Source: Balanoglossus misakiensis
Lineage: Eukaryota; Animalia; Hemichordata
DNA length: 64,000 bases
Assembly: GCA_040954595.2 (NCBI GenBank)
Contig: CM082589.2
Location: 9,560,894 to 9,624,893 of the forward strand
Direction: 5' to 3'
The notes under the pieces were generated by a model. It was given only the letters and a program-made list of their open reading frames with translations. It did no database searches and had not been told where the DNA came from. Shown one piece after another: positions 12,650 to 27,700 of the stretch. Position 1 is the first letter of the stretch. The number at the start of each line of letters is the position of its first letter. Made by a program: the position numbers and the translations under genes.

Positions 12650-14180
12650 AAACGAGGCTTTGTTTGGAAGCAACAATGGAAATTTTAGAACTATCTCTCG
12701 ATCTACTGAGTATAGTGGAAAACGTTCATATGCGCATAGGCCTATCATGTGTTATGCACATCACAACATAATTTTGTAAACAAACGAGGCTTTGTTTGGA
12801 AGCAACCGTGGAAATTTTAGAACTATCTCTCGATCTACAGAGTATAGTGGAAAACGTTCATATGCGCATAGGCCTATCATGTGTTATGCACATCACAACA
12901 TAATTTTGTAAACAAACGAGGCTTTGTTTGGAAGCAACCGTGGAAATTTTAGAACTATCTCTCGATCTACAGAGTATAGTGGAAAACGTTCATATGCGCA
13001 TATGCTATCATGTGTTATGCACATCACAACATAATTTTGTAAACAAACGAGGCTTTGTTTGGAAGCAACATTGGAAATTTTAGAACTATCTGTCGATCTA
13101 CGGAGTATAGTGGAAAACGTTCATATGCGCATAGGCCTATATATGTGTTCTGCGCATCACAACAGAATTTTGTAAATGAACGAGGCTGTGTTTGGAAACA
13201 ACCATGGAAATTTTAGAACTATCTCTCGATCTAAAGTTGAAAAGTTTCTTATGCGCATAGGCCTATTACGTGTTCTGCGCCTCACAACAGAATTCGGTAA
13301 ATAAACGAGGCTGTTTGGAAGCAACAATGGAAATTTTAGAACTATCCGTCGATCTACGGAGTATAGTGGAAAACGTTCATATGCGCATAGGCCTATATAT
13401 GTGTTCTGCGCATCACAACAGAATTTTGTAAACAATCGAGGATGTGTTTGGAAGCAATCATGGAAATTTTAGAACTATCCGTCGATCTACAGAGTCTAGT
13501 GGGAAACTTTCTTATGCGCATAGGCATATGTATGTGTTCAGCGCATCACAACAGAATTTTGTAAATGAACGAGGCTGTGTTTGGAAACAACCATGGAAAT
13601 TTTAGAACTATCTCTCGATCTACAGAGTCTAGTGGAAAACTTTATTATGCACATAGGCCTATCTATGTATTATGCGCATCACAACAGAAATCGGTAAATA
13701 AACGAGGCTGTATTTGGAAGCAACCATGTAAATTTTACAACTATCCGTCGATCTACAGAGTCTGGTGGAAAACTTTCTTATGCGCATAGGCCTATTACGT
13801 GTTCTGCGCCTCACAACAGAAATCGGTAAATAAACGAGGCTGTTTGGAAGCAACCATGTAAATTTTAGAACTATCCGTCGATCTACAGAGTCTAGTGGAA
13901 AAACGTTCATGTGCGCATAGGCCTATCATGTGTTATGCACATCACAACAGAATTTTGTAAACAAACGAGGCTTTGTTTGGAAGCAACAATGGAAATTTTA
14001 GAACTATCTGTCGATCTACGGAGTATAGTGGAAAACATTCATATGCGCATAGGCCTATATATGTGTTCTGCGCATCACAACAGAATTTTGTAAACAATCG
14101 AGGATGTGTTTGGAAGCAATCATGGAAATTTTAGAACTATCCGTCGATCTACAGAGTCTAATGGGAAACTTTCTTATGCG
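12650..14180. repeat. Composite copy of domain-A segments (~3050-3630 at offset 9601, followed by ~7400-8410 at offset 5773)
   Basis: Private markers TCTACTGAG (3101/12702) and CATATGCGCATATG (3390/12991) share offset 9601. Repeat-derived ORFs 7384/13157, 7792/13565 and 8138/13911 share offset 5773. Confidence 0.85.
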
Positions 14181-17100
14181 CATAGGCATATGTATGTGTT
14201 CTGCGCATCACAACAGAAATCGGTAAATAAACGAGGCTGTTTGGAAGCAACCATGGAAATTTTACAACTATCCGTCGATCTACAGAGTCTGGTGGAAAAC
14301 TTTCTTATGCGCATAGGCCTATTACGTGCTCTGCGCCTCACAACAGAATTCGGTAAATAAACGAGGCTGTTTGGAAGCAACCATGGAACTTTTAGAACTA
14401 TCCGTCGATCTACAGAGTCTAGTGGAAAAATGTCTTATGCGCATAGGCCTATCATGTGTTCTGTGCCTCACAACAGAAATCGGTAAATAAACGAGGCTGT
14501 TTGGAAGCAACCATGGAAATTGTACAACTATCCGTCGATCTACAGAGTCTAGTGGAAAACGTTCTTATGCGCATAGGCCTATCTATGTGTTATGCGCATC
14601 ACAACAGAAATCGGTAAATAAACGAGGCTGTATTTGGAAGCAACCATGAAATTTTACAACTATCCGTCGATCTACAGAGTCTGGTGGAAAACTTCCTTAT
14701 GCGCATAGACCTATTACGTGTTCTGCGCCTCACAACAGAATTCGGTAAATAAACGAGGCTGTTTGGAAGCAACCATGGACATTGTACAACTATCCGTCGA
14801 TCTACAAAGTCTAGTGGAAAACGTTCTTATGCGCATAGGCCTATCTATGTGTTATGCGCATCACAACAGAAATCGCTAAATAAACGAGGCTGTATTTGGA
14901 AGCAACCATGAAATTTTACAACTATCCGTCGATCTACAGAGTCTAGTGGAAAAATGTCTCATGCGCATAGGCCTATCATGTGTTCTGCGCCTCACAACAG
15001 AATTCGGTAAATAAACGAGGCTGTTTGGAAGCAACCATGGAAATTTTACAACTATCCGTCGATCTACAGAGTCTAGTGGAAAACGTTATTATGCGCATAG
15101 GCCTATATATGTGTTCTGCGCATCACAACAGAATTTTGTAAACAAACGAGGCTGTGTTTGGAAGCAACCATGGACATTTTAGAACTAACTCTCGATCTAC
15201 AGAGTCTATAGTGGAAAACTTTCTTATGCACATATGCCTATCTATGTGTTCTGCGCCTCACAACAGAATTCGGTAAATAAACGAGGCTGTTTGGAAGCAA
15301 CCATGGAAATTTTACAACTATCCGTCGATCTACAGAGTCTAGTGGAAAACGTTATTATGCGCATAGGCCTATATATGTGTTCTGCGCATCACAACAGAAT
15401 TTTGTAAACAAACGAGGCTGTGTTTGGAAGCAACCATGGAAATTTTAGAACTATCTCTCGATCTACAGAGTCTAGTGGAAAACTTTATTATGCACATATG
15501 CCTATCTATGTGTTCTGCGCATCACAACAGAAATCGGTAAATAAACGAGGCTGTTTGGAAGCAACCATGGAAATTTTACAACTATCCGTCGATCTACAGA
15601 GTCTGGTGGAAAACTTTCTTATGCGCATAGGCCTATTACGTGCTCTGCGCCTCACAACAGAATTCGGTAAATAAACGAGGCTGTTTGGAAGCAACCATGG
15701 AAATTTTAGAACTATCCGTCGATCTACAGAGTCTAGTGGAAAAATGTCTTATGCGCATAGGCCTATCATGTGTTCTGTGCCTCACAACAGAAATCGGTAA
15801 ATAAACGAGGCTGTTTGGAAGCAACCATGGAAATTGTACAACTATCCGTCGATCTACAGAGTCTGGTGGAAAACTTCCTTATGCGCATAGGCCTATCTAT
15901 GTGTTATGCGCATCACAACAGAAATCGGTAAATAAACGAGGCTGTATTTGGAAGCAACCATGAAATTTTACAACTATCCGTCGATCTACAGAGTCTGGTG
16001 GAAAACTTCCTTATGCGCATAGACCTATTACGTGTTCTGCGCCTCACAACAGAATTCGGTAAATAAACGAGGCTGTTTGGAAGCAACCATGGACATTGTA
16101 CAACTATCCGTCGATCTACAAAGTCTAGTGGAAAACGTTCTTATGCGCATAGGCCTATCTATGTGTTATGCGCATCACAACAGAAATCGCTAAATAAACG
16201 AGGCTGTATTTGGAAGCAACCATGAAATTTTACAACTATCCGTCGATCTACAGAGTCTAGTGGAAAAATGTCTCATGCGCATAGGCCTATCATGTGTTCT
16301 GCGCCTCACAACAGAAATCGGTAAATAAACGAGGCTGTTTGGAAGCAACCATGGAAATTTTACAGCTATCCGTCGATCTACAGAGTCTAGTGGAAACGTT
16401 CTTATGCGCATAGGCCTATATATGTGTTCTGCGCATCACAACAGAATTTTGTAAACAAACGAGGCTGTGTTTGGTAGCAACCATGGACATTTTAGAACTA
16501 TCTCTCGATCTACAGAGTCTATAGTGGAAAACTTTCTTATGCACATATGCCTATCTATGTGTTCTGCGCCTCACAACAGAATTCGGTAAATAAACGAGGC
16601 TGTTTGGAAGCAACCATGGAAATTTTACAACTATCCGTCGATCTACAGAGTCTAGTGGAAAACGTTATTATGCGCATAGGCCTATATATGTGTTCTGCGC
16701 ATCACAACAGAATTTTGTAAACAAACGAGGCTGTGTTTGGAAGCAACCATGGACATTTTAGAACTATCTCTCGATCTACAGAGTCTATAGTGGAAAACTT
16801 TCTTATGCACATATGCCTATCTATGTGTTCTGCGCCTCACAACAGAATTCGGTAAATAAACGAGGCTGTTTGGAAGCAACCATGGAAATTTTACAACTAT
16901 CCGTCGATCTACAGAGTCTAGTGGAAAACGTTATTATGCGCATAGGCCTATCTATGTGTTATGCGCATCACAACAGAAATCGGTAAATAAACGAGGCTGT
17001 ATTTGGAAGCAACCATGAAATTTTACAACTATCCGTCGATCTACAGAGTCTGGTGGAAAACTTCCTTATGCGCATAGACCTATTACGTGTTCTGCGCCTC

Positions 17101-18799
17101 ACAACAGAATTCGGTAAATAAACGAGGCTGTTTGGAAGCAACCATGGACATTGTACAACTATCCGTCGATCTACACAGTCTAGTGGAAAACGTTCTTATG
17201 CGCATAGGCCTATCTATGTGTTATGCGCATCACAACAGAAATCGCTAAATAAACGAGGCTGTATTTGGAAGCAACCATGAAATTTTACAACTATCCGTCG
17301 ATCTACAGAGTCTAGTGGAAAAATGTCTCATGCGCATAGGCCTATCATGTGTTCTGCGCCTCACAACAGAAATCGGTAAATAAACGAGGCTGTTTGGAAG
17401 CAACCATGGAAATTTTACAGCTATCCGTCGATCTACAGAGTCTAGTGGAAACGTTCTTATGCGCATAGGCCTATATATGTGTTCTGCGCATCACAACAGA
17501 ATTTTGTAAACAAACGAGGCTGTGTTTGGTAGCAACCATGGACATTTTAGAACTATCTCTCGATCTACAGAGTCTATAGTGGAAAACTTTCTTATGCACA
17601 TATGCCTATCTATGTGTTCTGCGCCTCACAACAGAATTCGGTAAATAAACGAGGCTGTTTGGAAGCAACCATGGAAATTTTACAACTATCCGTCGATCTA
17701 CAGAGTCTAGTGGAAAACGTTATTATGCGCATAGGCCTATATATGTGTTCTGCGCATCACAACAGAATTTTGTAAACAAACGAGGCTGTGTTTGGAAGCA
17801 ACCATGGACATTTTAGAACTATCTCTCGATCTACAGAGTCTATAGTGGAAAACTTTCTTATGCACATATGCCTATCTATGTGTTCTGCGCCTCACAACAG
17901 AATTCGGTAAATAAACGAGGCTGTTTGGAAGCAACCATGGAAATTTTACAACTATCCGTCGATCTACAGAGTCTAGTGGAAAACGTTATTATGCGCATAG
18001 GCCTATATATGTGTTCTGCGCATCACAACAGAATTTTGTAAACAAACGAGGCTGTGTTTGGAAGCAACCATGGAAATTTTAGAACTATCTCTCGATCTAC
18101 AGAGTCTAGTGGAAAACTTTATTATGCACATATGCCTATCTATGTGTTCTGCGCATCACAACAGAAATCGGTAAATAAACGAGGCTGTTTGGAAGCAACC
18201 ATGGAAATTTTACAGCTATCCGTCGATCTACAGAGTCTAGTGGAAACGTTCTTATGCGCATAGGCCTATATATGTGTTCTGCGCATCACAACAGAATTTT
18301 GTAAACAAACGAGGCTGTGTTTGGTAGCAACCATGGACATTTTAGAACTATCTCTCGATCTACAGAGTCTATAGTGGAAAACTTTATTATGCACATATGC
18401 CTATCTATGTGTTCTGCGCATCACAACAGAAATCGGTAAATAAACGAGGCTGTTTGGAAGCAACCATGGAAATTTTACAACTATCCGTCGATCTACAGAG
18501 TCTGGTGGAAAACTTTCTTATGCGCATAGGCCTATTACGTGCTCTGCGCCTCACAACAGAATTCGGTAAATAAACGAGGCTGTTTGGAAGCAATCATGGA
18601 AATTTTAGAACTATCCGTCGATCTACAGAGTCTAGTGGGAAACTTTCTTATGCGCATAGGCATATGTATGTGTTCAGCGCATCACAATAGAATTTTATAA
18701 ATGAACGAGGCTGTGTTTGGAAACAACCATGGAAATTTTACAACTATCCGTCGATCTACGGAGTCTGGTGGAAAACTTTCTTATGCGCATATGCCTATC

Positions 18800-21700
18800 T
18801 ATGTGTTCTGCGCCTCACAACAGAATTCGGTAAATAAACGAGGCTGTTTGGAAGCAACCATGGAAATTTTACAACTATCCGTCGATCTACAGAGTCTAGT
18901 GGAAAACGTTATTATGCGCATAGGCCTATATATGTGTTCTGCGCATCACAACAGAATTTTGTAAACAAACGAGGCTGTGTTTGGAAGCAACCATGGACAT
19001 TTTAGAACTATCTCTCGATCTACAGAGTCTATAGTGGAAAACTTTCTTATGCACATATGCCTATCTATGTGTTCTGCGCCTCACAACAGAATTCGGTAAA
19101 TAAACGAGGCTGTTTGGAAGCAACCATGGAAATTTTACAACTATCCGTCGATCTACAGAGTCTAGTGGAAAACGTTATTATGCGCATAGGCCTATCTATG
19201 TGTTATGCGCATCACAACAGAAATCGGTAAATAAACGAGGCTGTATTTGGAAGCAACCATGAAATTTTACAACTATCCGTCGATCTACAGAGTCTGGTGG
19301 AAAACTTCCTTATGCGCATAGACCTATTACGTGTTCTGCGCCTCACAATAGAATTCGGTAAATAAACGAGGCTGTTTGGAAGCAACCATGGACATTGTAC
19401 AACTATCCGTCGATCTACACAGTCTAGTGGAAAACGTTCTTATGCGCATAGGCCTATCTATGTGTTATGCGCATCACAACAGAAATCGCTAAATAAACGA
19501 GGCTGTATTTGGAAGCAACCATGAAATTTTACAACTATCCGTCGATCTACAGAGTCTAGTGGAAAAATGTCTCATGCGCATAGGCCTATCATGTGTTCTG
19601 CGCCTCACAACAGAAATCGGTAAATAAACGAGGCTGTTTGGAAGCAACCATGGAAATTTTACAGCTATCCGTCGATCTACAGAGTCTAGTGGAAACGTTC
19701 TTATGCGCATAGGCCTATATATGTGTTCTGCGCATCACAACAGAATTTTGTAAACAAACGAGGCTGTGTTTGGTAGCAACCATGGACATTTTAGAACTAT
19801 CTCTCGATCTACAGAGTCTATAGTGGAAAACTTTCTTATGCACATATGCCTATCTATGTGTTCTGCGCCTCACAACAGAATTCGGTAAATAAACGAGGCT
19901 GTTTGGAAGCAACCATGGAAATTTTACAACTATCCGTCGATCTACAGAGTCTAGTGGAAAACGTTATTATGCGCATAGGCCTATATATGTGTTCTGCGCA
20001 TCACAACAGAATTTTGTAAACAAACGAGGCTGTGTTTGGAAGCAACCATGGACATTTTAGAACTATCTCTCGATCTACAGAGTCTATAGTGGAAAACTTT
20101 CTTATGCACATATGCCTATCTATGTGTTCTGCGCCTCACAACAGAATTCGGTAAATAAACGAGGCTGTTTGGAAGCAACCATGGAAATTTTACAACTATC
20201 CGTCGATCTACAGAGTCTAGTGGAAAACGTTATTATGCGCATAGGCCTATATATGTGTTCTGCGCATCACAACAGAATTTTGTAAACAAACGAGGCTGTG
20301 TTTGGAAGCAACCATGGAAATTTTAGAACTATCTCTCGATCTACAGAGTCTAGTGGAAAACTTTATTATGCACATATGCCTATCTATGTGTTCTGCGCCT
20401 CACAACAGAAATCGGTAAATAAACGAGGCTGTTTGGAAGCAACCATGGAAATTTTACAGCTATCCGTCGATCTACAGAGTCTAGTGGAAACGTTCTTATG
20501 CGCATAGGCCTATATATGTGTTCTGCGCATCACAACAGAATTTTGTAAACAAACGAGGCTGTGTTTGGTAGCAACCATGGACATTTTAGAACTATCTCTC
20601 GATCTACAGAGTCTATAGTGGAAAACTCTCTTATGCACATATGCCTATCTATGTGTTCTGCGCCTCACAACAGAATTCGGTAAATAAACGAGGCTGTTTG
20701 GAAGCAACCATGGAAATTTTACAACTATCCGTCGATCTACAGAGTCTAGTGGAAAACGTTATTATGCGCATAGGCCTATATATGTGTTCTGCGCATCACA
20801 ACAGAATTTTGTAAACAAACGAGGCTGTGTTTGGAAGCAACCATGGAAATTTTAGAACTATCTCTCCATCTACAGAGTCTAGTGGAAAACTTTATTATGC
20901 ACATATGCCTATCTATGTGTTCTGCGCATCACAACAGAAATCGGTAAATAAACGAGGCTGTTTGGAAGCAACCATGGAAATTTTACAACTATCCGTCGAT
21001 CTACAGAGTCTGGTGGAAAACTTTCTTATGCGCATAGGCCTATTACGTGCTCTGCGCCTCACAACAGAATTCGGTAAATAAACGAGGCTGTTTGGAAGCA
21101 ATCATGGAAATTTTAGAACTATCCGTCGATCTACAGAGTCTAGTGGGAAACTTTCTTATGCGCATAGGCATATGTATGTGTTCAGCGCATCACAACAGAA
21201 TTTTATAAATGAACGAGGCTGTGTTTGGAAACAACCATGGAAATTTTACAACTATCCGTCGATCTACGGAGTCTGGTGGAAAACTTTCTTATGCGCATAG
21301 GCCTATCATGTGTTCTGCGCCTCACAACAGAAATCGGTAAATAAACGAGGCTGTTTGGAAGCAACCATGGAAATTGTACAACTATCCGTCGATCTACAGA
21401 GTCTGGTGGAAAACTTCCTTATGCGCATAGACCTATTACGTGTTCTGCGCCTCACAACAGAATTCGGTAAATAAACGATGCTGTTTGGAAGCAACCATGG
21501 AAATTGTACAACTATCCGTCGATCTACAGAGTCTAGTGGAAAACGTTCTTATGCGCATAGGCCTATCTATGTGTTATGCGCATCACAACAGAAATCGGTA
21601 AATAAACGAGGCTGTGTTTGGAAGCAACCATGGACATTTTAGAACTATCTCTCGATCTACAGAGTCTATAGTGGAAAACTTTCTTATGCACATATGCCTA

Positions 21701-24700
21701 TCTATGTGTTCTGCGCCTCACAACAGAAATCGGTAAATAAACGAGGCTGTTTAAAAGCAACCATGGAAATTTTACAGCTATCCGTCGATCTACAGAGTCT
21801 AGTGGAAACGTTCTTATGCGCATAGGCCTATATATGTGTTCTGCGCATCACAACAGAATTTTGTGAACAAACGAGGCTGTGTTTGGAAGCAACCATGGAC
21901 ATTTTAGAACTATCTCTCGATCTACAGAGTCTATAGTGGAAAACTTTCTTGTGCACATATGCCTATCTATGTGTTCTGCGCCTCACAACAGAATTCGGTA
22001 AATAAACGAGGCTGTTTGGAAGCAACCATGGAAATTTTACAACTATCCGTCGATCTACAGAGTCTAGTGGAAAACGTTATTATGCGCATAGGCCTATATA
22101 TGTGTTCTGCGCATCACAACAGAATTTTGTAAACAAACGAGGCTGTGTTTGGAAGCAACCATGGAAATTTTAGAACTATCTCTCGATCTACAGAGTCTAG
22201 TGGAAAACTTTATTATGCACATATGCCTATATATGTGTTCTGCGCATCACAACAGAAATCGGTAAATAAACGAGGCTGTTTGGAAGCAACCATGAAAATT
22301 TTACAACTATCCGTCGATCTACAGAGTCTGGTGGAAAACTTTCTTATGCGCATAGGCCTATTACGTGCTCTGCGCCTCACAACAGAATTCGGTAAATAAA
22401 CGAGGCTGTTTGGAAGCAACCATGGAAATTTTAGAACTATCCGTCGATCTACAGAGTCTAGTGGAAAAATGTCTTATGCGCATAGGCCTATCATGTGTTC
22501 TGTGCCTCACAACAGAAATCGGTAAATAAACGAGGCTGTTTGGAAGCAACCATGGAAATTGTACAACTATCCGTCGATCTACAGAGTCTAGTGGAAAACG
22601 TTCTTATGCGCATAGGCCTATCTATGTGTTATGCGCATCACAACAGAAATCGGTAAATAAACGAGGCTGTATTTGGAAGCAACCATGGAAATTGTACAAC
22701 TATCCATCGATCTACAGAGTCTATAGTGGAAAACTTTCTTATGCACATATGCCTATCTATGTGTTCTGCGCCTCACAACAGAAATCGGTAAATAAACGAG
22801 GCTGTTTAAAAGCAACCATGGAAATTGTACAACTATCCGTCGATCTACAGAGTCTGGTGGAAAACTTCCTTATGCGCATAGGCCTATCTATGTGTTATGC
22901 GCATCACAACAGAAATCGGTAAATAAACGAGGCTGTATTTGGAAGCAACCATGAAATTTTACAACTATCCGTCGATCTACAGAGTCTGGTGGAAAACTTC
23001 CTTATGCGCATAGACCTATTACGTGTTCTGCGCCTCACAACAGAATTCGGTAAATAAACGAGGCTGTTTGGAAGCAACCATGGACATTGTACAACTATCC
23101 GTCGATCTACAAAGTCTAGTGGAAAACGTTCTTATGCGCATAGGCCTATCTATGTGTTATGCGCATCACAACAGAAATCGCTAAATAAACGAGGCTGTAT
23201 TTGGAAGCAACCATGAAATTTTACAACTATCCGTCGATCTACAGAGTCTAGTGGAAAAATGTCTCATGCGCATAGGCCTATCATGTGTTCTGCGCCTCAC
23301 AACAGAAATCGGTAAATAAACGAGGCTGTTTGGAAGCAACCATGGAAATTTCACAGCTATCCGTCGATCTACAGAGTCTAGTGGAAACGTTCTTATGCGC
23401 ATAGGCCTATATATGTGTTCTGCGCATCACAACAGAATTTTGTAAACAAACGAGGCTGTGTTTGGTAGCAACCATGGACATTTTAGAACTATCTCTCGAT
23501 CTACAGAGTCTATAGTGGAAAACTTTCTTATGCACATATGCCTATCTATGTGTTCTGCGCCTCACAACAGAATTCGGTAAATAAACGAGGCTGTTTGGAA
23601 GCAACCATGGAAATTTTACAACTATCCGTCGATCTACAGAGTCTAGTGGAAAACGTTATTATGCGCATAGGCCTATATATGATTTCTGCGCATCACAACA
23701 GAATTTTGTAAACAAACGAGGCTGTGTTTGGAAGCAACCATGGACATTTTAGAACTATCTCTCGATCTACAGAGTCTATAGTGGAAAACTTTCTTATGCA
23801 CATATGCCTATCTATGTGTTCTGCGCCTCACAACAGAATTCGGTAAATAAACGAGGCTGTTTGGAAGCAACCATGGAAATTTTACAACTATCCGTCGATC
23901 TACAGAGTCTAGTGGAAAACGTTATTATGCGCATAGGCCTATCTATGTGTTATGCGCATCACAACAGAAATCGGTAAATAAACGAGGCTGTATTTGGAAG
24001 CAACCATGAAATTTTACAACTATCCGTCGATCTACAGAGTCTGGTGGAAAACTTCCTTATGCGCATAGACCTATTACGTGTTCTGCGCCTCACAACAGAA
24101 TTCGGTAAATAAACGAGGCTGTTTGGAAGCAACCATGGACATTGTACAACTATCCGTCGATCTACACAGTCTAGTGGAAAACGTTCTTATGCGCATAGGC
24201 CTATCTATGTGTTATGCGCATCACAACAGAAATCGCTAAATAAACGAGGCTGTATTTGGAAGCAACCATGAAATTTTACAACTATCCGTCGATCTACAGA
24301 GTCTAGTGGAAAAATGTCTCATGCGCATAGGCCTATCATGTGTTCTGCGCCTCACAACAGAAATCGGTAAATAAACGAGGCTGTTTGGAAGCAACCATGG
24401 AAATTTTACAGCTATCCGTCGATCTACAGAGTCTAGTGGAAACGTTCTTATGCGCATAGGCCTATATATGTGTTCTGCGCATCACAACAGAATTTTGTAA
24501 ACAAACGAGGCTGTGTTTGGTAGCAACCATGGACATTTTAGAACTATCTCTCGATCTACAGAGTCTATAGTGGAAAACTTTCTTATGCACATATGCCTAT
24601 CTATGTGTTCTGCGCCTCACAACAGAATTCGGTAAATAAACGAGGCTGTTTGGAAGCAACCATGGAAATTTTACAACTATCCGTCGATCAACAGAGTCTA

Positions 24701-27700
24701 GTGGAAAACGTTATTATGCGCATAGGCCTATATATGTGTTCTGCGCATCACAACAGAATTTTGTAAACAAACGAGGCTGTGTTTGGAAGCAACCATGGAC
24801 ATTTTAGAACTATCTCTCGATCTACAGAGTCTATAGTGGAAAACTTTCTTATGCACATATGCCTATCTATGTGTTCTGCGCCTCACAACAGAATTCGGTA
24901 AATAAACGAGGCTGTTTGGAAGCAACCATGGAAATTTTACAACTATCCGTCGATCTACAGAGTCTAGTGGAAAACGTTATTATGCGCATAGGCCTATATA
25001 TGTGTTCTGCGCATCACAACAGAATTTTGTAAACAAACGAGGCTGTGTTTGGAAGCAACCATGGAAATTTTAGAACTATCTCTCGATCTACAGAGTCTAG
25101 TGGAAAACTTTATTATGCACATATGCCTATCTATGTGTTCTGCGCATCACAACAGAAATCGGTAAATAAACGAGGCTGTTTGGAAGCAACCATGGAAATT
25201 TTACAGCTATCCGTCGATCTACAGAGTCTAGTGGAAACGTTCTTATGCGCATAGGCCTATATATGTGTTCTGCGCATCACAACAGAATTTTGTAAACAAA
25301 CGAGGCTGTGTTTGGTAGCAACCATGGACATTTTAGAACTATCTCTCGATCTACAGAGTCTATAGTGGAAAACTTTCTTATGCACATATGCCTATCTATG
25401 TGTTCTGCGCCTCACAACAGAATTCGGTAAATAAACGAGGCTGTTTGGAAGCAACCATGGAAATTTTACAACTATCCGTCGATCTACAGAGTCTAGTGGA
25501 AAACGTTATTATGCGCATAGGCCTATATATGTGTTCTGCGCATCACAACAGAATTTTGTAAACAAACGAGGCTGTGTTTGGAAGCAACCATGGAAATTTT
25601 AGAACTATCTCTCCATCTACAGAGTCTAGTGGAAAACTTTATTATGCACATATGCCTATCTATGTGTTCTGCGCATCACAACAGAAATCGGTAAATAAAC
25701 GAGGCTGTTTGGAAGCAACCATGGAAATTTTACAACTATCCGTCGATCTACAGAGTCTGGTGGAAAACTTTCTTATGCGCATAGGCCTATTACGTGCTCT
25801 GCGCCTCACAACAGAATTCGGTAAATAAACGAGGCTGTTTGGAAGCAATCATGGAAATTTTAGAACTATCCGTCGATCTACAGAGTCTAGTGGGAAACTT
25901 TCTTATGCGCATAGGCATATGTATGTGTTCAGCGCATCACAACAGAATTTTATAAATGAACGAGGCTGTGTTTGGAAACAACCATGGAAATTTTACAACT
26001 ATCCGTCGATCTACGGAGTCTGGTGGAAAACTTTCTTATGCGCATAGGCCTATCATGTGTTCTGCGCCTCACAACAGAAATCGGTAAATAAACGAGGCTG
26101 TTTGGAAGCAACCATGGAAATTGTACAACTATCCGTCGATCTACATAGTCTAGTGGAAAACGTTCTTATGCGCATAGGCCTATCTATGTGTTATGCGCAT
26201 CACAACAGAAATCGGTAAATAAACGAGGCTGTATTTGGAAGCAATCATGAAATTTTACAACTATCCGTCGATCTACAGAGTCTGGTGGAAAACTTCCTTA
26301 TGCGCATAGACCTATTACGTGTTCTGCGCCTCACAACAGAATTCGGTAAATAAACGATGCTGTTTGGAAGCAACCATGGAAATTGTACAACTATCCGTCG
26401 ATCTACAGAGTCTAGTGGAAAACGTTCTTATGCGCATAGGCCTATCTATGTGTTATGCGCATCACAACAGAAATCGGTAAATAAACGAGGCTGTGTTTGG
26501 AAGCAACCATGGACATTTTAGAACTATCTCTCGATCTACAGAGTCTATAGTGGAAAACTTTCTTATGCACATATGCCTATCTATGTGTTCTGCGCCTCAC
26601 AACAGAAATCGGTAAATAAACGAGGCTGTTTAAAAGCAACCATGGAAATTTTACAGCTATCCGTCGATCTACAGAGTCTAGTGGAAACGTTCTTATGCGC
26701 ATAGGCCTATATATGTGTTCTGCGCATCACAACAGAATTTTGTGAACAAACGAGGCTGTGTTTGGAAGCAACCATGGACATTTTAGAACTATCTCTCGAT
26801 CTACAGAGTCTATAGTGGAAAACTTTCTTATGCACATATGCCTATCTATGTGTTCTGCGCCTCACAACAGAATTCGGTAAATAAACGAGGCTGTTTGGAA
26901 GCAACCATGGAAATTTTACAACTATCCGTCGATCTACAGAGTCTAGTGGAAAACGTTATTATGCGCATAGGCCTATATATGTGTTCTGCGCATCACAACA
27001 GAATTTTGTAAACAAACGAGGCTGTGTTTGGAAGCAACCATGGAAATTTTAGAACTATCTCTCGATCTACAGAGTCTAGTGGAAAACTTTATTATGCACA
27101 TATGCCTATATATGTGTTCTGCGCATCACAACAAAAATCGGTAAATAAACGAGGCTGTTTGGAAGCAACCATGGAAATTTTACAACTATCCGTCGATCTA
27201 CAGAGTCTGGTGGAAAACTTTCTTATGCGCATAGGCCTATTACGTGCTCTGCGCCTCACAACAGAATTCGGTAAATAAACGAGGCTGTTTGGAAGCAACC
27301 ATGGAAATTTTAGAACTATCCGTCGATCTACAGAGTCTAGTGGAAAAATGTCTTATGCGCATAGGCCTATCATGTGTTCTGTGCCTCACAACAGAAATCG
27401 GTAAATAAACGAGGCTGTTTGGAAGCAACCATGGAAATTGTACAACTATCCGTCGATCTACAGAGTCTAGTGGAAAACGTTCTTATGCGCATAGGCCTAT
27501 GTATGTGTTATGCGCATCACAACAGAAATCGGTAAATAAACGAGGCTGTATTTGGAAGCAACCATGGAAATTGTACAACTATCCATCGATCTACAGAGTC
27601 TATAGTGGAAAACTTTCTTATGCACATATGCCTATCTATGTGTTCTGCGCCTCACAACAGAAATCGGTAAATAAACGAGGCTGTTTAAAAGCAACCATGG
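18800..27700. repeat. Tandem duplication of a ~4.75-4.88 kb block (36/37 monomers)
   Basis: Markers CTACACAG (19415/24162) and CTCCATC (20864/25611) have offset 4747. TTGTGAAC (21861/26740) and CCATCG (22704/27583) have offset 4879, one monomer more. Ends are approximate. Confidence 0.85.
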
